DNA of 64,000 nucleotides. Origin: Cercozoa sp. M6MM (taxonomy: Eukaryota > Protista > Endomyxa: Ascetosporea). The translations under genes and the position numbers were made by a program. The stretch lies in NCBI GenBank assembly GCA_040357565.1, contig JBDODJ010000027.1. One strand, written 5' to 3'. The notes under the pieces are model-generated. The model was not told the DNA's origin, made no database searches, and was given only the letters and a program-made list of their open reading frames with translations. Below, one piece after another: positions 29,014 through 42,896 of the stretch. How positions within the stretch are numbered: position 1 is the first letter of the stretch; each line of letters opens with the position of its first letter.

Positions 29014-31161
29014 ATGAGCGACATTGAGGCTGAGCTGGCCGTGCCTCGCAAGAAGCACAAAACTTTCCGAACTGCTGAGGTACCTGCGGTGTGCAGTGCA
29101 CTAGATGTGTCCACGTATGCCGTCATTGTGCAGGAGAGACGACAGTACAAGCACGAATTGAAGCGACGGTTGGCGCTGCTCGATGAGGTACGTTTGTGTG
29201 CCAGACTCAGCCTCGCAACTTCGCAAAATCTTCGTCGTCTTAGGTACTCGCTGAGAGAGACCGAAACGCCGAAAATGAGCCGACTAAAGCAGGTAGTTTC
29301 GTGTAAACCAGATGCACTTGTGTGTCTGTGTCTGTGTGTCTGTGTCTGTGTCTGTGTCTGTGTCTGTGTCTGTGTCTGTGTGTGTTTGTGTGTTTGTGTG
29401 TTTGTGTGTTTGTGTGTTTGTGTGTTTGTCATGTTTGGGTTGAATTCAACAGTTGACAGCAAGGTGGCAGGAGGCATCGGCGCCGCTGTCGATGTCGCCG
29501 ATGGCGCTGACGGAGGCAGCAGCAGCAACGACAACGAACAGAGCCGCGGCGGAAGCAGTGTCGACAGCCGCGACAGTGAAGCCAAGAATCGACAGGTGGT
29601 GGGCTCAGTGCCGTCCATTGTGACCTGCAAGAAGGTGCTGCAAAACCTGATCCGAATGGACGCGCGGAGATTATTCCTTGAGCCGGTACACACCCTTTCT
29701 GAGCCGTGTGTGTTCCGACCCCCCCCCCCCCGTCACCTACAGGTGGACCCAGTAAAACTTGGCATTCCCGACTACTTCAACGTCGTCAAATTCCCCATGG
29801 ATCTTGGTACATTTGTCCACCTGCATGTCCATTTGTACACAATGTCCATTTGTACTTGTCGCAGGCACGGTGAAGAAACGCGTCGCCGCCGGTCAGTGTC
29901 TCACGCCGCGTCGTTTCGTTAACCTGGTACTTGTACCCACTTGTTCGGTAGGAGGCGGGTCACATAGGGAGGTAGTAACACTGAGGCATCGCACAGGTGC
30001 GGCTCGTCTTTCAGAACGCAATGCTGTACAACCCCGCCAGCAACTACGTTCACAAGGTACACACACACACACATATATACTTGTGAACTACCTTGTCTGA
30101 CCTGTTTACTATGTTTGATCGGGTGTGTAGGTGGCCAAGGGCTTTCTGAGTCAGTTCGAACAAATGGTANNNNNNNNNNNNNNNNNNNNNNNNNNNNNNN
30201 NNNNNNNNNNNNNNNNNNNNNNNNNNNNNNNNNNNNNNNNNNNNNNNNNNNNNNNNNNNNNNNNNNNNNTGTGTGTGTGTGTGTGTATGTGTGTGTGTGT
30301 GTGTGTGTGTAGATCGCCGACTGGCCCGAGGAGTGCAAGATGCCTGAGCCCGAGGCCATCGTACCTCCACCAACTAAACTAGCTTATCCAGAGACTGTCT
30401 CAAAATGTGCGTAGCTGCTCGAGAACGAGACACCACAGGTGCTTAACTCGGAGATCACGCCTGAGCCAGAAGCCATGCCTGAGCCGGAACCTGAGCCAGT
30501 AGTGAAGCTCGAGTCGGCGTCGGACGTTAAGTCAGAGCTGGTGTCCGAGTCAGTGTCAGAGCCGGTGAAAACCGAGCAAAGCGAGACCACCACAGCTTCC
30601 TCTGGTGTCAGTGTCAGTCCCAGTGCCAGTCATGCACATGTGGACCCAGCTGTTCTGGAAGTGAAAATCATGAAAGCGCACGAGGCTGTGTCAGATGCAC
30701 TTCTCGGCAAGGTAGTTCCGCCCATGTTCCTCTCCTGTGTTGCTCCTTGATCCATCTATGCGATGCAGATGTGGGATTGGCTTCCGGAGAACTTGATGAA
30801 GATGAACGATGTAAATTTAAATACACTGACATCTTCCTTGTGAGTCTGTTTCTTACAACACGTATTGACTGGGTTGTAAACGCAGGAGGAAGAAGACATG
30901 GAGCTGGACCTCACTGTGCTGCCTCAGAAGGTCCTTCCTCGCTCCCATTTTTAACACTACTGTAGCCTTACCTTTTGACTACCTGCGCAGGTGCTGCGAC
31001 GAGCACGCAACGCGCTCAAGCTGCTCGAGCGGCAACAGTCGAGAGGCGAGGTACTTTGTCTGTCAGTGTTCGCGCCTGTGTCTGTGTGAGAAGGGAACCC
31101 TTTTTGTGCGCAATTGTAGCCGTTGTTAATTGCGCCGGACGCCGAATTGGACGCCATGTAG
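29014..31161 (+). CDS. Bromodomain protein with ET-like domain (BET/GTE-type)
   Basis: FLEP|[54 protein letters not shown] (ET-like). Simplest stop is TAG 31159-31161, followed by AATAAA near 31202. Confidence 0.85.
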
Positions 31162-31276
31162 TTCCGAGATGTTCCTGCCGTTTGTCAGTGAAAAGAACTA
31201 AATAAAAGACGTCTATTAGACGAAGCGAGGGAACCGAATGATTCAGCTGAAGAAGCGCAGTGAAGAATTACGTCGT

Positions 31277-31495
31277 CAGCTGATGCCAAGTAGGTAAGGT
31301 TTTCTCTTTTGCCAATTCAAGTTGGCAGGCTCAATCACAGAGCCACAAACCGGGGCATATAATCTAAGTCAGTTTGTAACAAGGATATCGACTCTACCGT
31401 ACGTACATCGTGCGAAGCGTACGGTATAGGAGGCTGGACTTTCTATCGTATCGAAGTAAATGATAGATTGATGTTTCGATTTGAACAACTAAGTG
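31277..31495 (+). mobile_element. Degenerate copy of a dispersed LINE/SINE-like 3' fragment
   Basis: Collinear blocks shared with the reverse complement of 55650-55845: CAGCTGATGCCAAGTAG..AGGTTTTC.CTTTTGCCA, CAGGCTCAA, CACAGAGCCACAAA, ATAATCT.AGTCAGT.TG.AACA. Confidence 0.7.
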
Positions 31496-31569
31496 CCGGA
31501 TGCCTAGTCATTAGGGTCGGAGATTTTTAAGCCGGCAAGCGCTTACCGACGACTCAATGGCGGATCGGT

Positions 31570-32177
31570 CTAAGACGGTCCGCGCGAAGTCAACCCGGTG
31601 AGAGGGGGCTGCGATCTCCTGAGAAGATGGTGGTGCGCGACAGACACGGCAGACGCTAGACTCGTCTGACTTGGCCTTGAGTTCACCAGTGCGTCAACTT
31701 GTCTCCCTCGAGCAGGAAGTTCACTTTCGTAGGTACTCGACTTGCGTAACGTGACGATCGGTACAAACAAACGGAGTCTAACCGTAATTTGAAACTTCCC
31801 AAACGAGAAAATCACCTCCCGCCTCGGCTGAGCTCCAAATTCAATCCGACACGGCAGAGTCGTCTGAGTCGTCGCTGCTGTCGGAGAAGTGCACGAGGCC
31901 TTGGAACGGACGCGGTCGCTTCTTGCCCAACTGGACGACGACTTCGACCTTCTCCTTGTCATCACAGAGTGTCTCCATGTCCGAGGCATCACGGCTTTCG
32001 TCGGCAGGGCCCTTTGACTCAGAGCTGGTGGTTCGACCACCGAGAGAGGAGTTGTTGCCGCTGTTCCATGCACCCAAAATGCGCCGCACTTCGCGCGCCT
32101 CTGCCTCGAGCTGCTCGAGCTTCTTTGTGTCATCATCTGCAAGTGCATCTGCCACACATACACACCACCACCAACCA

Positions 32178-32246
<69 letters not shown>

Positions 32247-32949
32247 GCGTGGAAACACGGCCAGTACGGTACCTTCAACAAGCGGCAGATTCTCGGATTC
32301 ACGTCCGAAAACGCTGACTTTTCTGGGCTCATTAAATTTGCCTTCAGTCTCGCTTTCGTTGTTACGCTCGCTGCAGCTGGCAGTGTTGTTGCCGTCAGTG
32401 TGGCAGTCAACGTTGTTGTCAGTGTTGCTGCTACTGGCAATGTTGCTGCTGCTGCTGTTGTTATCAGACACTATGTAGTTATCAGTCACTGTGTCGTGAT
32501 CAATGTTGCTGTCAATGTTGCTGTCAGTATTGCCATGACCGACTATCCTGACAGCGACCGTGTCTCCGCGTGCCTCCGCATCCTCCGAATCCAAAGCGCC
32601 ACTGGCCTCGTCTAAACCGCTATCGTCGTCGGCGCTAATGTCACTCTGGATGTCGTTGCGACTGTCTCCAATATTGTAGACAGGCGTCATGTTGCGCACA
32701 ATCGCGTCTGGCACAGCAGGAGTCTCCTGCACGCGCCGCCGCTTGCCCGGCGACTCACCGCGCACCCACAGTGGCAGCCACTGGGACACACGATTCGTGC
32801 TACGAAACATCAACACGAACATGTAGCACACACGATACCACCCGCATCACACACGCACCACGTCCGAGGTAACATAAGTGTAGGTTAGCGTAGCAGTTCA
32901 AAGAAAATTGAAGCGTCAATAAATCAATCAGATCGTGTTCCTCATCCAT
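31570..32949 (-). CDS. Low-complexity acidic hypothetical protein
   Basis: MDEEHDLIDLL... exon followed by a long D/S/N-rich exon (SQWLPLWVRGESPGKRRR...); 3' end approximate. Confidence 0.5.
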
Positions 32950-33118
32950 CACACGCTTTCCCACACACTTTCTCACTCGCTCGCACACAGCGGCAGCCAG
33001 ATGTTCAGACAATCGCAGCAACACACGGACAAACACCGCACACACACACGCAACGAAGGAACGAAACGTCAGAGAGCCAACAAGGAGCGATCCGGCAAAA
33101 AACGGGCAAGGGTGCAAC

Positions 33119-35409
33119 TCACATTCCGCTAAACATGCGCGCCATCCGGTTGGCAGCACGTTCCACGTCGCTTCCTGTTTTAACGACACACAAGTCAACG
33201 GAAATGTCAGTGCGGATATCAACACTGACATGCAGAGCAGAGAAATGCATCGGAAAAACAAACGCGAGGAGACGCTGGTGCTTTTCGAGTTCGTGTTGGA
33301 CGCGTCGGTTGAGTGCTCTCGCTGCGCGCGCACCTTTGCTTCAACGAGCGCCTGGCCCTGCGCTTTGCCTTCAATGAAGCACAGACTTCTGTCGGCTTCG
33401 AAACTGCAATCGCATTCATGATGCATGCACGCCATATGGTTTACACGGAAAGAAATGGGGAGTCCAGAAATATACCCTGTTTGTGACATCGGAGTATCCG
33501 GCGATGGCCGCGAGCCTATTGAGCGCGAGCGGGCTCGAGCCGCCGCGTGGTGTGCCGGCAGCTGAACCTGCAGTTTGAGCGATTGGCGTTCCTTTTGCTG
33601 CTTGTCTTCGCCCGACAGTAGTTCTGCGTGACGACAAAGGGAGGAACATGCTGAGCTGGAGTGAGCGCAGTGTGGGGGCTACCTTCTTCATCGTGCATGG
33701 CTTCAGCTTTGGTGACGTCGCCTGTCGGTATTTCCTGTGCCTGCAGTCCGTTCTCCTTGCTGTTCATATACGGTGTCCGTGTGTGTGTATGCGTGCGTGT
33801 GCGAGTGATACAAGTACTTTTTGCTGACAGCTTGGTACAGTTCGTGCATGATAGGTTGTTGTTGTTGGAGGTAGAACTGCTGCGGGCCAATCACTGAGCC
33901 TGAACAAAAGGGCGTAAATACTACAACCAAAGTACGGTCGCTCGGGTACCAGGCCGTACGATGCGCATCCAGGCAATGCATTGCTCGGCAGTCCAGCCAA
34001 ATCGTTTCATCATGTAGCATCTACGTACATCAGATGTAACGTGTTAAACATTCAGTGGATCCAATGTACCCAATGAGGGTGCCGGTGCGTCCCAGACCAG
34101 CCTTGCAGTGCACGGCAACTACACCCTTTGAGCGCTCGACGATGCGCAGAAACTCGCGAAGGATTTGAGGCGGTGGGCCTGTTAAAAAACTCACTTATAG
34201 ATAATGTACACAGGCTGTGGAAACAACGTACAGGTGCCGTCAAAGAAAAACATATCATGAAAGCGAAAGCCGTGCCGTGTGAACTCATGCGACTCGTAAC
34301 ACTGTCGGTTGAGTCGAATTATGTCTGTCACGCCCATGCCTGCGCACAAAGACATATGGATGCAAGCAAAACCTTAAATTCGAAAGAATGTACTTTTAAA
34401 CATAGAGACGTAGTGTTCGGGCGTATGCAAGTAGTAAGACTCGGTCGCTCGGTGCGCCGAAGCCGGGCCTGAGAAGGCAAGCACCTTGTTCGGTACCATC
34501 ACGGTAAGGTCCGCGTTCTCTACCTGTGACAGCAAGCAAACATACAGCAAGCACAGCTAGGGTGAACATAAAAGACAAACCTTCTCGAGCCAGTCGTACT
34601 GCTCCTCGGCAAAATTGCTTGGATCGTACCAGTTCAGTCCACGCGGCCCGGCCAGTTCAATAGCCTGCGCGCCATAAGCGATAAATAGACGATAAACCAC
34701 GGTAAAGGAGAAAATTAACCTGCAGACAGTGCGAGACAAGCAGCTGGAACGCGCAAGGGCCGGGCGTCGGATCGTGGAACGGCGTCAACAATCCACCAGT
34801 GTGCAACGGTCGGAGCACGTGCCACGCCTGCTGCCAGGTCAGTCCAAGGCGCAGCACTGCGTAGGCGCCCATCAGCACGGCCGCGTTGGCACGCGACTTT
34901 CCGCAGTTGCGCGTTACAAGCACGAGGACGCGCTCACGCAGCGTAGGGTCAGACAGCTTCTCGTCCAGACGACGAATGAATCGATTCAAGTGACCGAGGT
35001 TTAGCGGACCGAAGTCGGCAAAAAATGGCTCGTAGACCAGGTCGCGATCGACGCAGAACATGTGCCATGGTCCACGATTAGACTAAAGCGAAGTGGTTTC
35101 TAAAAATTATGCAAGTCAAGGAATGCTACTTCATGTTGCGGCGTCCCCTTGTCGAAAGAACCAAACAGCAGTCGGTCTATGAGCAAAAATAAATGAAAAA
35201 AGAGGAAAGTAAGAAATGAATATGCAGCGTACAAGTGTACCTGGAACGAACTCGACAAGAGTGCGAAAGTGTCGCTCGACGTCACAGTTCTTATCGATGG
35301 ACAGGTGCACGTTGATGCAGCGTTTTGCTTGCTTCTGCTTGTGCTTCGGCGACGAAGCACGCGCGCGCCTCTTTGCGTCCGTGCCGATGCCGAGGAAGGA
35401 GAACGTCAT
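33119..35409 (-). CDS. CDC14: Dual-specificity phosphatase CDC14
   Basis: [31 protein letters not shown], catalytic [21 protein letters not shown]|SVIGPQQ. C-terminal exons are less certain. Confidence 0.93.
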
Positions 35410-35887
35410 AGACAGGGGCTCGCAAAAGATGCTTGAAAGAGCGATTTTGGATCACTAGGAGCACGGCCAGAGAGGTGATCCTTCACGCGAAGCGCGACGA
35501 AATCAATCGAGCGACGCGAGCGAACAACTAAAATCACCCAGCAGAGCAACCCACCGAGATTTATGATGTGCCACAAATCACACACTGACTTGCCGACCGG
35601 CTGCACAGCTGTGATAGCAGCGATCGGTCACAGCAAGGGGCACGCGGGTGCGCCAAGAAACGCGCCTGCGAAACGCTGCCGCCGATCCGCGTTGACTCGC
35701 TGATGTCGTGGCCGAGCTTTCCTGACGTCGATCCGAAAAGAAACTCACGCACTTCGCTTGGTTGCAATTACAGTACTGACGGGAGAGGATACTAGTGAGT
35801 GTAGGTTAGGCTGGGACTTTCTTATTTCATAGTCATGAAGGAAGTGGGCTTTCGCATTGAGTCTCCCTGCTCGACCGGCGGGCTCAG

Positions 35888-36998
35888 TTAATTCTCGTTC
35901 AAGCCCGCCAAGATGTCGGCAACAATGCGACGGGTGTCAGCAGGCGACGTGACAGTGTGGCCTGACGAGTCATGTAAAAATCAACACACAGACACAGACA
36001 AGACACAGACACAGACAAGACACAGAAACAGACACAAATAGCATACCGACAACGCGATCGTCGTGGAAAATCTCGTAGTCGTTGCCACCCTCAAAGGTCT
36101 TATCACCAAAGAAACAGATCTTCTCAAAGCCGCATGGGAGCAGGTGCTTCAAACAGTAGGTCTTGTCCCAGCCTTGCGGGAACACATCGAAGCTGATCTG
36201 GCCGCCTGCACACAGCATCTAGAAGCTGCTTTCACACACACAGACAAGCGGCATGGTACCAATGCTAAACTTGAGCTCGAGGTCGGCGAACTCCTCCTGA
36301 AGGATCTTGATAAACTTGGCGCGCACTTTGGCCTCCTGGTCAAAGGCGTAAAACTCCATTCGCTCCTCTTGCGTGCAGTTTCGACCGGCGGGCGACACGT
36401 TAATCAAGCCCGTGCGGTACTCGACAAAGCAACCACTGTATCAGCACACACAAAAGTAACGCATGCAGAAGATAAACACGCAAGGATCATAAAAGAGCGA
36501 AACTGTACCGCTTGTACGGCAAGTCTTCTTGCGCGCAGAGCACGAGGCAGCGCGAAATGAACTCCTCCAGTCGCTTCAGCTGGCCGCGCTGCTCAAAGTG
36601 CTTTGTGATCGTCATCTCGTCCTTCTTCTCGCCCTGCTCGAAGAACACGAGGCCATTTTCCGGAAAGCAGAAGTCGAACAACTCCAAGGCTTGGCCGTGC
36701 AGCTGGTGCTGCTGCTTGGGCAGATCCGAGCCGCCAACAAAGCCGACATGGTGATCCCTGCGTGCAAGATTGAGTTTTTAATACACTCGGCCAGCCACGT
36801 GTTCTAACAACTCATTGCACAACACACCGACGGAGCTCCTTTAAAAAGGTGAGCATTTCGTCGTCGGCTTCATTGCGCGGAACCGTCAAGGTACCTATAA
36901 TGAAAAAAAATCTCAAGCATTGTGATTCCAAAAACAGGACAAAAACAAAACACACCATCCACGTCAAAGAGGAACAAGATGTTCTTATTGCGGTCCAT
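35888..36998 (-). CDS. PMM: Phosphomannomutase (HAD family, PMM/SEC53)
   Basis: FLFDVDG|[57 protein letters not shown]. Confidence 0.96.
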
Positions 36999-37238
36999 TC
37001 TAATATCTTGTTCGCAAAACCAGCTGTGAACTCGAATTACGACAACAAAGTCCCACTGTATGCTGTACCGGTACAGATATGACGTTGAGTTGAATGTTAT
37101 ATTTTTGGACAGGTGTAGCCAGCATCCGTACGCAGCAGGCGCGGGCTGTCTGCGTGGAGTAGGCGCGTGCCGATCGTGTTTAGAGTGTCTCAAACGCAAC
37201 TTTACGCGCGAATAATTCGCCCAGTCGGCACAGAAAGC

Positions 37239-38003
37239 ATGTCGTCTGGCGACGAGAACTCGACGTCTGCCGCCGGCGAGAACGCACTGGCTGGCGTGGA
37301 CACGGCCGACATAGCCCTTCTGCTTGACGACTCAAGCAGAACTGAAGCCTCAAGCCGCAAGGACAGTAAGACACAAGGAGAGGCAAAGACAGTGCAGCCG
37401 CTGCGTTTGGGCGACGTGCTCAAAACGTCCGAGACGCGCAAGATCGAATCCAGCAGACGTCGAACGCGCGTGCGAAGCGAGCTGTCTCGATTGAACGCAA
37501 AGAGCGCTGTCCGCGCTGAAAACAAGGCGGTATCACCTGGCAGAAAAATGGCATCACATTGGTATGTGTGTTTAATTGGTTTGCCAGATGGGCGTGGCTT
37601 CGCGGTCACCAAAGAAGGCCGAGCGTGCGTTGAAGTGGCACGAACTGCCGGAAGGCAAGCTGACCAACGACATCAAGACCAACTGGAAGTTGATTCGCTA
37701 CCGCGATCAGTTGAACCCGGGCAAGTTCCACAAGAAGGCAGTTCGCGCCATCCCCAAGCACTTCCAAGTCGCCACGGTAGCTCCCACTTGGTTGCCCCCC
37801 CCCCTGTCCGCACGTTTATGTGCATGTGCATGTGTGCAGGTGCACGTGCCTGCCGAACAGTTCTACTCGTCGGGTGGCACAAGGCGGCAGCAGCGCGGCA
37901 ACTGGGCGCAACAGTTCATGCGCGATGGCACAAGCTCGAAACTCAAGGGACGATACACACAGCACCAGCAACGCAAGGGTACCCTCCTATTTTCTCTCTC
38001 ACT

Positions 38004-38052
<49 letters not shown>

Positions 38053-38062
38053 NNNNNNNNNN

Positions 38063-38111
<49 letters not shown>

Positions 38112-38207
38112 GCGCGCACCTTTCTATTACCCATGCCTCCCATCGCAGGCATGGTAAGCGGCAAAGCCGGCGCGCGTGCCAAAAGACGAGTGCACAAGCG
38201 TCGATGA
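37239..38207 (+). CDS. FCF2: rRNA-processing protein Fcf2 (DNTTIP2 C-terminal domain)
   Basis: KWHELP...LIRYRDQLNPGKFHKK...PKHFQVATV...EQFYSS pattern; basic C-terminus. Confidence 0.8.
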
Positions 38208-38391
38208 CGGTAGCGGAAGTACCCGAATTAAATGAGCAGTTTCTGTACCCCCGGGCCACACCGGCACATGGATCAATCGGGTAGCTACGCCACCGTACGC
38301 TAGGATCATACATATCTGTGTAATATTCAAACCGTCCGCTCCAGTCCCGTCCGATAAAACAGACGCGCGAACCAAGTCCAGCACGCCCTCT

Positions 38392-38981
38392 CTAAGTAGA
38401 TCGCACCGCCTTGTGCTGAGTGGACTGCACGTGCACCTTTTTCGACTTGGTATGCTCGTTCAAAGCCTCCGAGGTGTGTTCGCAATGGCAGCCGTAACTC
38501 TCGCCGCGCAGTCTTCGTCGCAGAAGGCACGCGATCTGGAAGGCCCAGAAGAAGGAAAGGCCCTGCATGCCCACCATGAGCAGGAAGGCTACGAAACAGA
38601 AGGATACAAAAATAGTGGATACATAACAATAGGGCTGGAGGTAACACAAGTACCCAGACACAGGCAGACAAAGTGGAACGCCGACTCGGTTTGCCGTATC
38701 CTGTCAAACACGGCGACACCGTAGCGGTAGTTCGTGCTGACTCCAACACTGCACCTCGACAGGCAGAACGTCACTGTGAGCCCAGCACACAGCACACATT
38801 GAACACATTGAACACATTGAACAGGAAAAGAAAAATCCAGTTACCTGCAAACAGAACCTCCAGCAGCAGCTTGATCCTCTTGTTTCGCCCGTTGACGATG
38901 ACGCCGCTGTCCAGCAGCACTTGGCGCAGGTGTCGCGGAATGTTGGACAGTTCCCAGAACTACACACAAACACACAACACA

Positions 38982-39032
<51 letters not shown>

Positions 39033-39653
39033 CAGACATAGAGGTACACCCACTCACTCAACTTATATACTTTAGGGTACAATGGCAAAGACGACAGGGA
39101 CCGAGGCCCAGCCAAACAGGGCGCACAGACAGGCACCCGTGATACCGCCCAGATGATGGCCAACTGGACCAGACCAGACATATCAGTCACTACCAACGAA
39201 GCAAGTCAGCGAAGGATACCGTAGATTATTTCGGCCTTGCGGGTGTACAACATTGTGGCGAGTTCGTACACAAAGTACGCGATCGCCATGCAGGAGTAGT
39301 ATGCACTTAACTCACTCCGCGCATACAGAACGTCCTCCCACTGAGCACACAGACCCGTTCTCTCAGGCAGCACTCACATTCCTCAGGAAATCCATGGTAC
39401 GGCAACGAAAGCAGCATCCGCTGTCGGATCGACGTCAAAAAACAGAACACGCACGGCACCTTGCGTCAGTACCGTTGCGCAGACGATCGACACTGCAAAA
39501 GAACAAAGCGCGATGTCAGTCAGTGACAGCAAGACGAGACCAGGGTACCGATGCTTTTGCATGTAGGCGACGTGCCTCGCTTGTTGCTCAGACAAGGCCA
39601 CTTGTAAAGACTTGCAACATGCGCCACGAGGACTAAACACAAAGCAGTACAGA

Positions 39654-39688
<35 letters not shown>

Positions 39689-39909
39689 ACGACGAGAAAG
39701 CGTACGTTCACAGACAGAGCGCAGGACAATGAGCGCGCCCACCCAGCACGCCAGGGTTGGCAGCATCAACCTATTCGCAACACAGTGACATGTTGTACCT
39801 TAAAATAAAGGAAACACGGGTACCGAAGGGCCTGTGGCCACGTGTCAAACGAGAGCTGCTTGTAGTAGTCATCACCGAGTCCCAGAAAGTCACGTGCATC
39901 GCCGATCAT
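38392..39909 (-). CDS. TLC (TRAM/LAG1/CLN8) domain membrane protein
   Basis: YFVYEL, VGHHL, WELSNIP, LSFFWAFQI motifs in multiple TM exons; start approximate. Confidence 0.7.
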
Positions 39910-40318
39910 GGCCAGATTCACAAACGGCACCACAGACTCGGGCAGCAGCAAGCGCTTCGCACGGGATCAAACGATGCGAGCACCTCCTTCTGCGGCAGCA
40001 GAACACAAATGCGATCTTCACGCAGAAACAAAGAGACAAAAATGCGTCCATCCAACGTACCTGTTAAATGCCACTGAGCACACCCCGGTGTTTGCCAGCA
40101 AACAATGGCGTGACGTCGTTTTAGCGACACGCTTAGCACGTGCGAGCCTTATGGAAACGTTATGTGATCGCTTGTCAAGACATCGAATGAGATCACGCCC
40201 TGTGTCACGCGTCGATCGTCTGAAAATCCTCGGCACTTTGCTTAGCGGTGGGCTGGGCAGTGGGTTAAGCAGCAACTGTAACTTCCAGCAATAGTTGAGG
40301 TATCCCCTGCCGTTGTGA

Positions 40319-41951
40319 TTACTTGCGGCCACTTCGCTCGTCGCGCAACATACGTCGCTGCATATCGGCGACACGGGTGCGCTGGTGCGCCTCGTCGAGT
40401 CGCTGTTCCGTGCGCTGCAAGAAACGCTGCTGCTCGAGGAAACCCTTGTCGCTGCGTGCGTGCTCCTTGAGCTGTTCTTCATCTCCCTGCACAACACACA
40501 CCAGACAGTACAAAGCACTGAAGTACAGTTGGTAGTCTTCCAAAAGGAACAGGCAGGAAAGAGGCAAGAGAGAGGCAGGAGAACAGGCTGGCTTGTACCT
40601 CCTGCTGCAGGTCGGCTCTCCAGTCCTGTCGCGTCTTGTCCATGACGGTGGCTTTCTTCTTGGTGGCGAACTGCGCCAGTACGTCGTCGATGGCGCTCTT
40701 CTGACGTGCGAGTGCCTGCGCCTTGCGGTGCTGCGCACTGTTCTGGTCGACGTGCCGCGTGAGCTGCACCTTGCTGCCAGCAAAGTCGACTTCCTCGGTC
40801 ACCTCGACCTTGGTGTCGGTCACGATAGACTCACAGCTTGGGCCGTGTTTAGGCTGCTCGCGCTCCCACCAGGCCAGCTTCTTCTTTTTCTTCTTGCCCT
40901 TCTTGCCTTTTTTCTGCTTGGGTTTCGACTCCTTGGGCGCCGTGTGCTGCGCCATCAAGGCCTCGAACTCCTGGTCCACTGCCGCCGAGGCAAGCGACGA
41001 CAGCTGGACTCCTGAAACTGCAAGCAAGGCGACATGAGTCAGTCGGTAACAACGCATGAATATACTTATATACATATTATACATACATACATATATATAT
41101 ATATTTTTTTCATAACAGAAACAGATTATATATATATATATATATATATATATCATACATACATATATTTAATAGAAACAGATTATATATATATATATAT
41201 ATATCATATATATCATAGATACCATATATATATAATAGAAACAGACAATATATATACCATATATATAATAGAAACAGATACATATATACCATATATATAT
41301 AATAGAAACAGATTATATATATATATATATATATGCAAGCAAGGCGACATGAGTAAGCCGGTGATATATACACACATATATCTATAGATATATATATATA
41401 TATATATATAGAAACAGATAATGTATAAACAAACACGTGTGCGTAGATGTTATATCAAGATAAAGTACCAGTATCATCGGTCGAACTTTCTGCCTGCGCC
41501 GCGCTACTGTCTGATTCAAGCTGTTCCCGCAACTTTCGTCGCTTTTCGGCTCGCCTCTGCTCCTCCTGCAAAATACGCATAATCGATAGATATGTCGACG
41601 GGCAAAACAGCGGAAGCTCACCTCCTCCATGAGCGCAGCCATTTCGGCGTCTTCTTCGACGTTCTGAGACACTGTCAATCGGCGGCGTTTCGCCTGCCGC
41701 TCGCGCTGTCGCTTCTGCTGCAGCGTTTCTTGTGGCTGCTCCTGACAACGCGAAAGTATGAAGCTTGACACTTCCCCTGGTTCAACCCAGAATACCTCCT
41801 TTTCCGCACCGTCATGGTACCCTCGAAGCTTTCCATACTGCTTGATGTACGCGCGTTCATCTTCCTCGTCGCTCAGCGGCTTCGATTCGTCAATCTCGAA
41901 ATCGGAGTCATCGCTGGATTCACCACCACTCAAGTCCGTGATGGTAGACAT
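40319..41951 (-). CDS. Bucentaur/CFDP1/Swc5 family protein (BCNT-C domain)
   Basis: Acidic N-terminus; EEVDFAGSKVQL; KKATVMDKTRQDW; KGFLEQQRFLQRT. Confidence 0.87.
41070..41430. repeat. Intronic AT-rich composite repeat (ATAGAAACAGA units interleaved with (TA)n)
   Basis: About 6 AGAAACAGA units separated by TA runs. Confidence 0.85.
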
Positions 41952-42184
41952 ACGTGTGAGCTGTCGCTCCCACGCCCTCTGTTACTGCTTGAAGTGACGA
42001 TAAAATTCCGTACGGTTCAGAATTATTTTATAATACAGTACAGTAGTACTATTGTATTGTACAAATAATATTTTTATCCGGAGCGCCGGTTTAAACATAC
42101 AGAAGATAAAAATGATGCTCAAAGATTCTGCGTGATCAATGACATGCATGGCTTGTCTAGTATACCGCGCAACGAAACACTTTT

Positions 42185-42719
42185 ATGGCACAAAGTCACT
42201 TGGGGCAGACTGTAGCTGTTTCTATCAGCGTTCAGACAAATGCTGACAGGTGAATCATTTCATCAAGTTTCGCTTCACCTCTTCTATAGGCGCGTCTATT
42301 CCTCTACTTTGCAGAGCGCTGTTGTTGTTGAACAACATGGTCCTGTATGACTCTGCTCTGGACCCCCTCGTGTAATTCTGTCCACTGCCCTACAGGATTT
42401 GGAGACTAAGTTTTCGAGTCTGTGCAGCGACCGTGAAGGTGAATATCTCACCTGTCGCACGCAATGTCGCCCGCTCTTCAATGTAGACCAGCTGCGTGTG
42501 AATTTGTACACGAGGGTATACTCACAACAGCAACAACAACAACCACAGCAGCAGCAACAACAACAACAGCAGCAGCAGCAGCAACAACAACAACAAAAGC
42601 AACAACAGCAGCAGCAGATACGTTTCCGATGTGTCGCCACATCGCCGTTTTTCCGAGTCTCGTCGAGTTCGCAGACATGGACGGACCTGGCAGTCCCTTT
42701 ATTTTCTTGTTTTTTGTAC

Positions 42720-42763
<44 letters not shown>

Positions 42764-42863
42764 NNNNNNNNNNNNNNNNNNNNNNNNNNNNNNNNNNNNN
42801 NNNNNNNNNNNNNNNNNNNNNNNNNNNNNNNNNNNNNNNNNNNNNNNNNNNNNNNNNNNNNNN

Positions 42864-42896
<33 letters not shown>

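Noticed and set aside
30170-30269. N-runs (also near 4926, 38053, 42764, 45908, 49957)
   Set aside because: Assembly gaps at micro- or minisatellites, with no biological signal.
31220-31297. Extra last exon for the bromodomain gene ending QLMPSR*
   Set aside because: The preceding exon already stops in frame at 31161, and the segment is homologous to the dispersed repeat.
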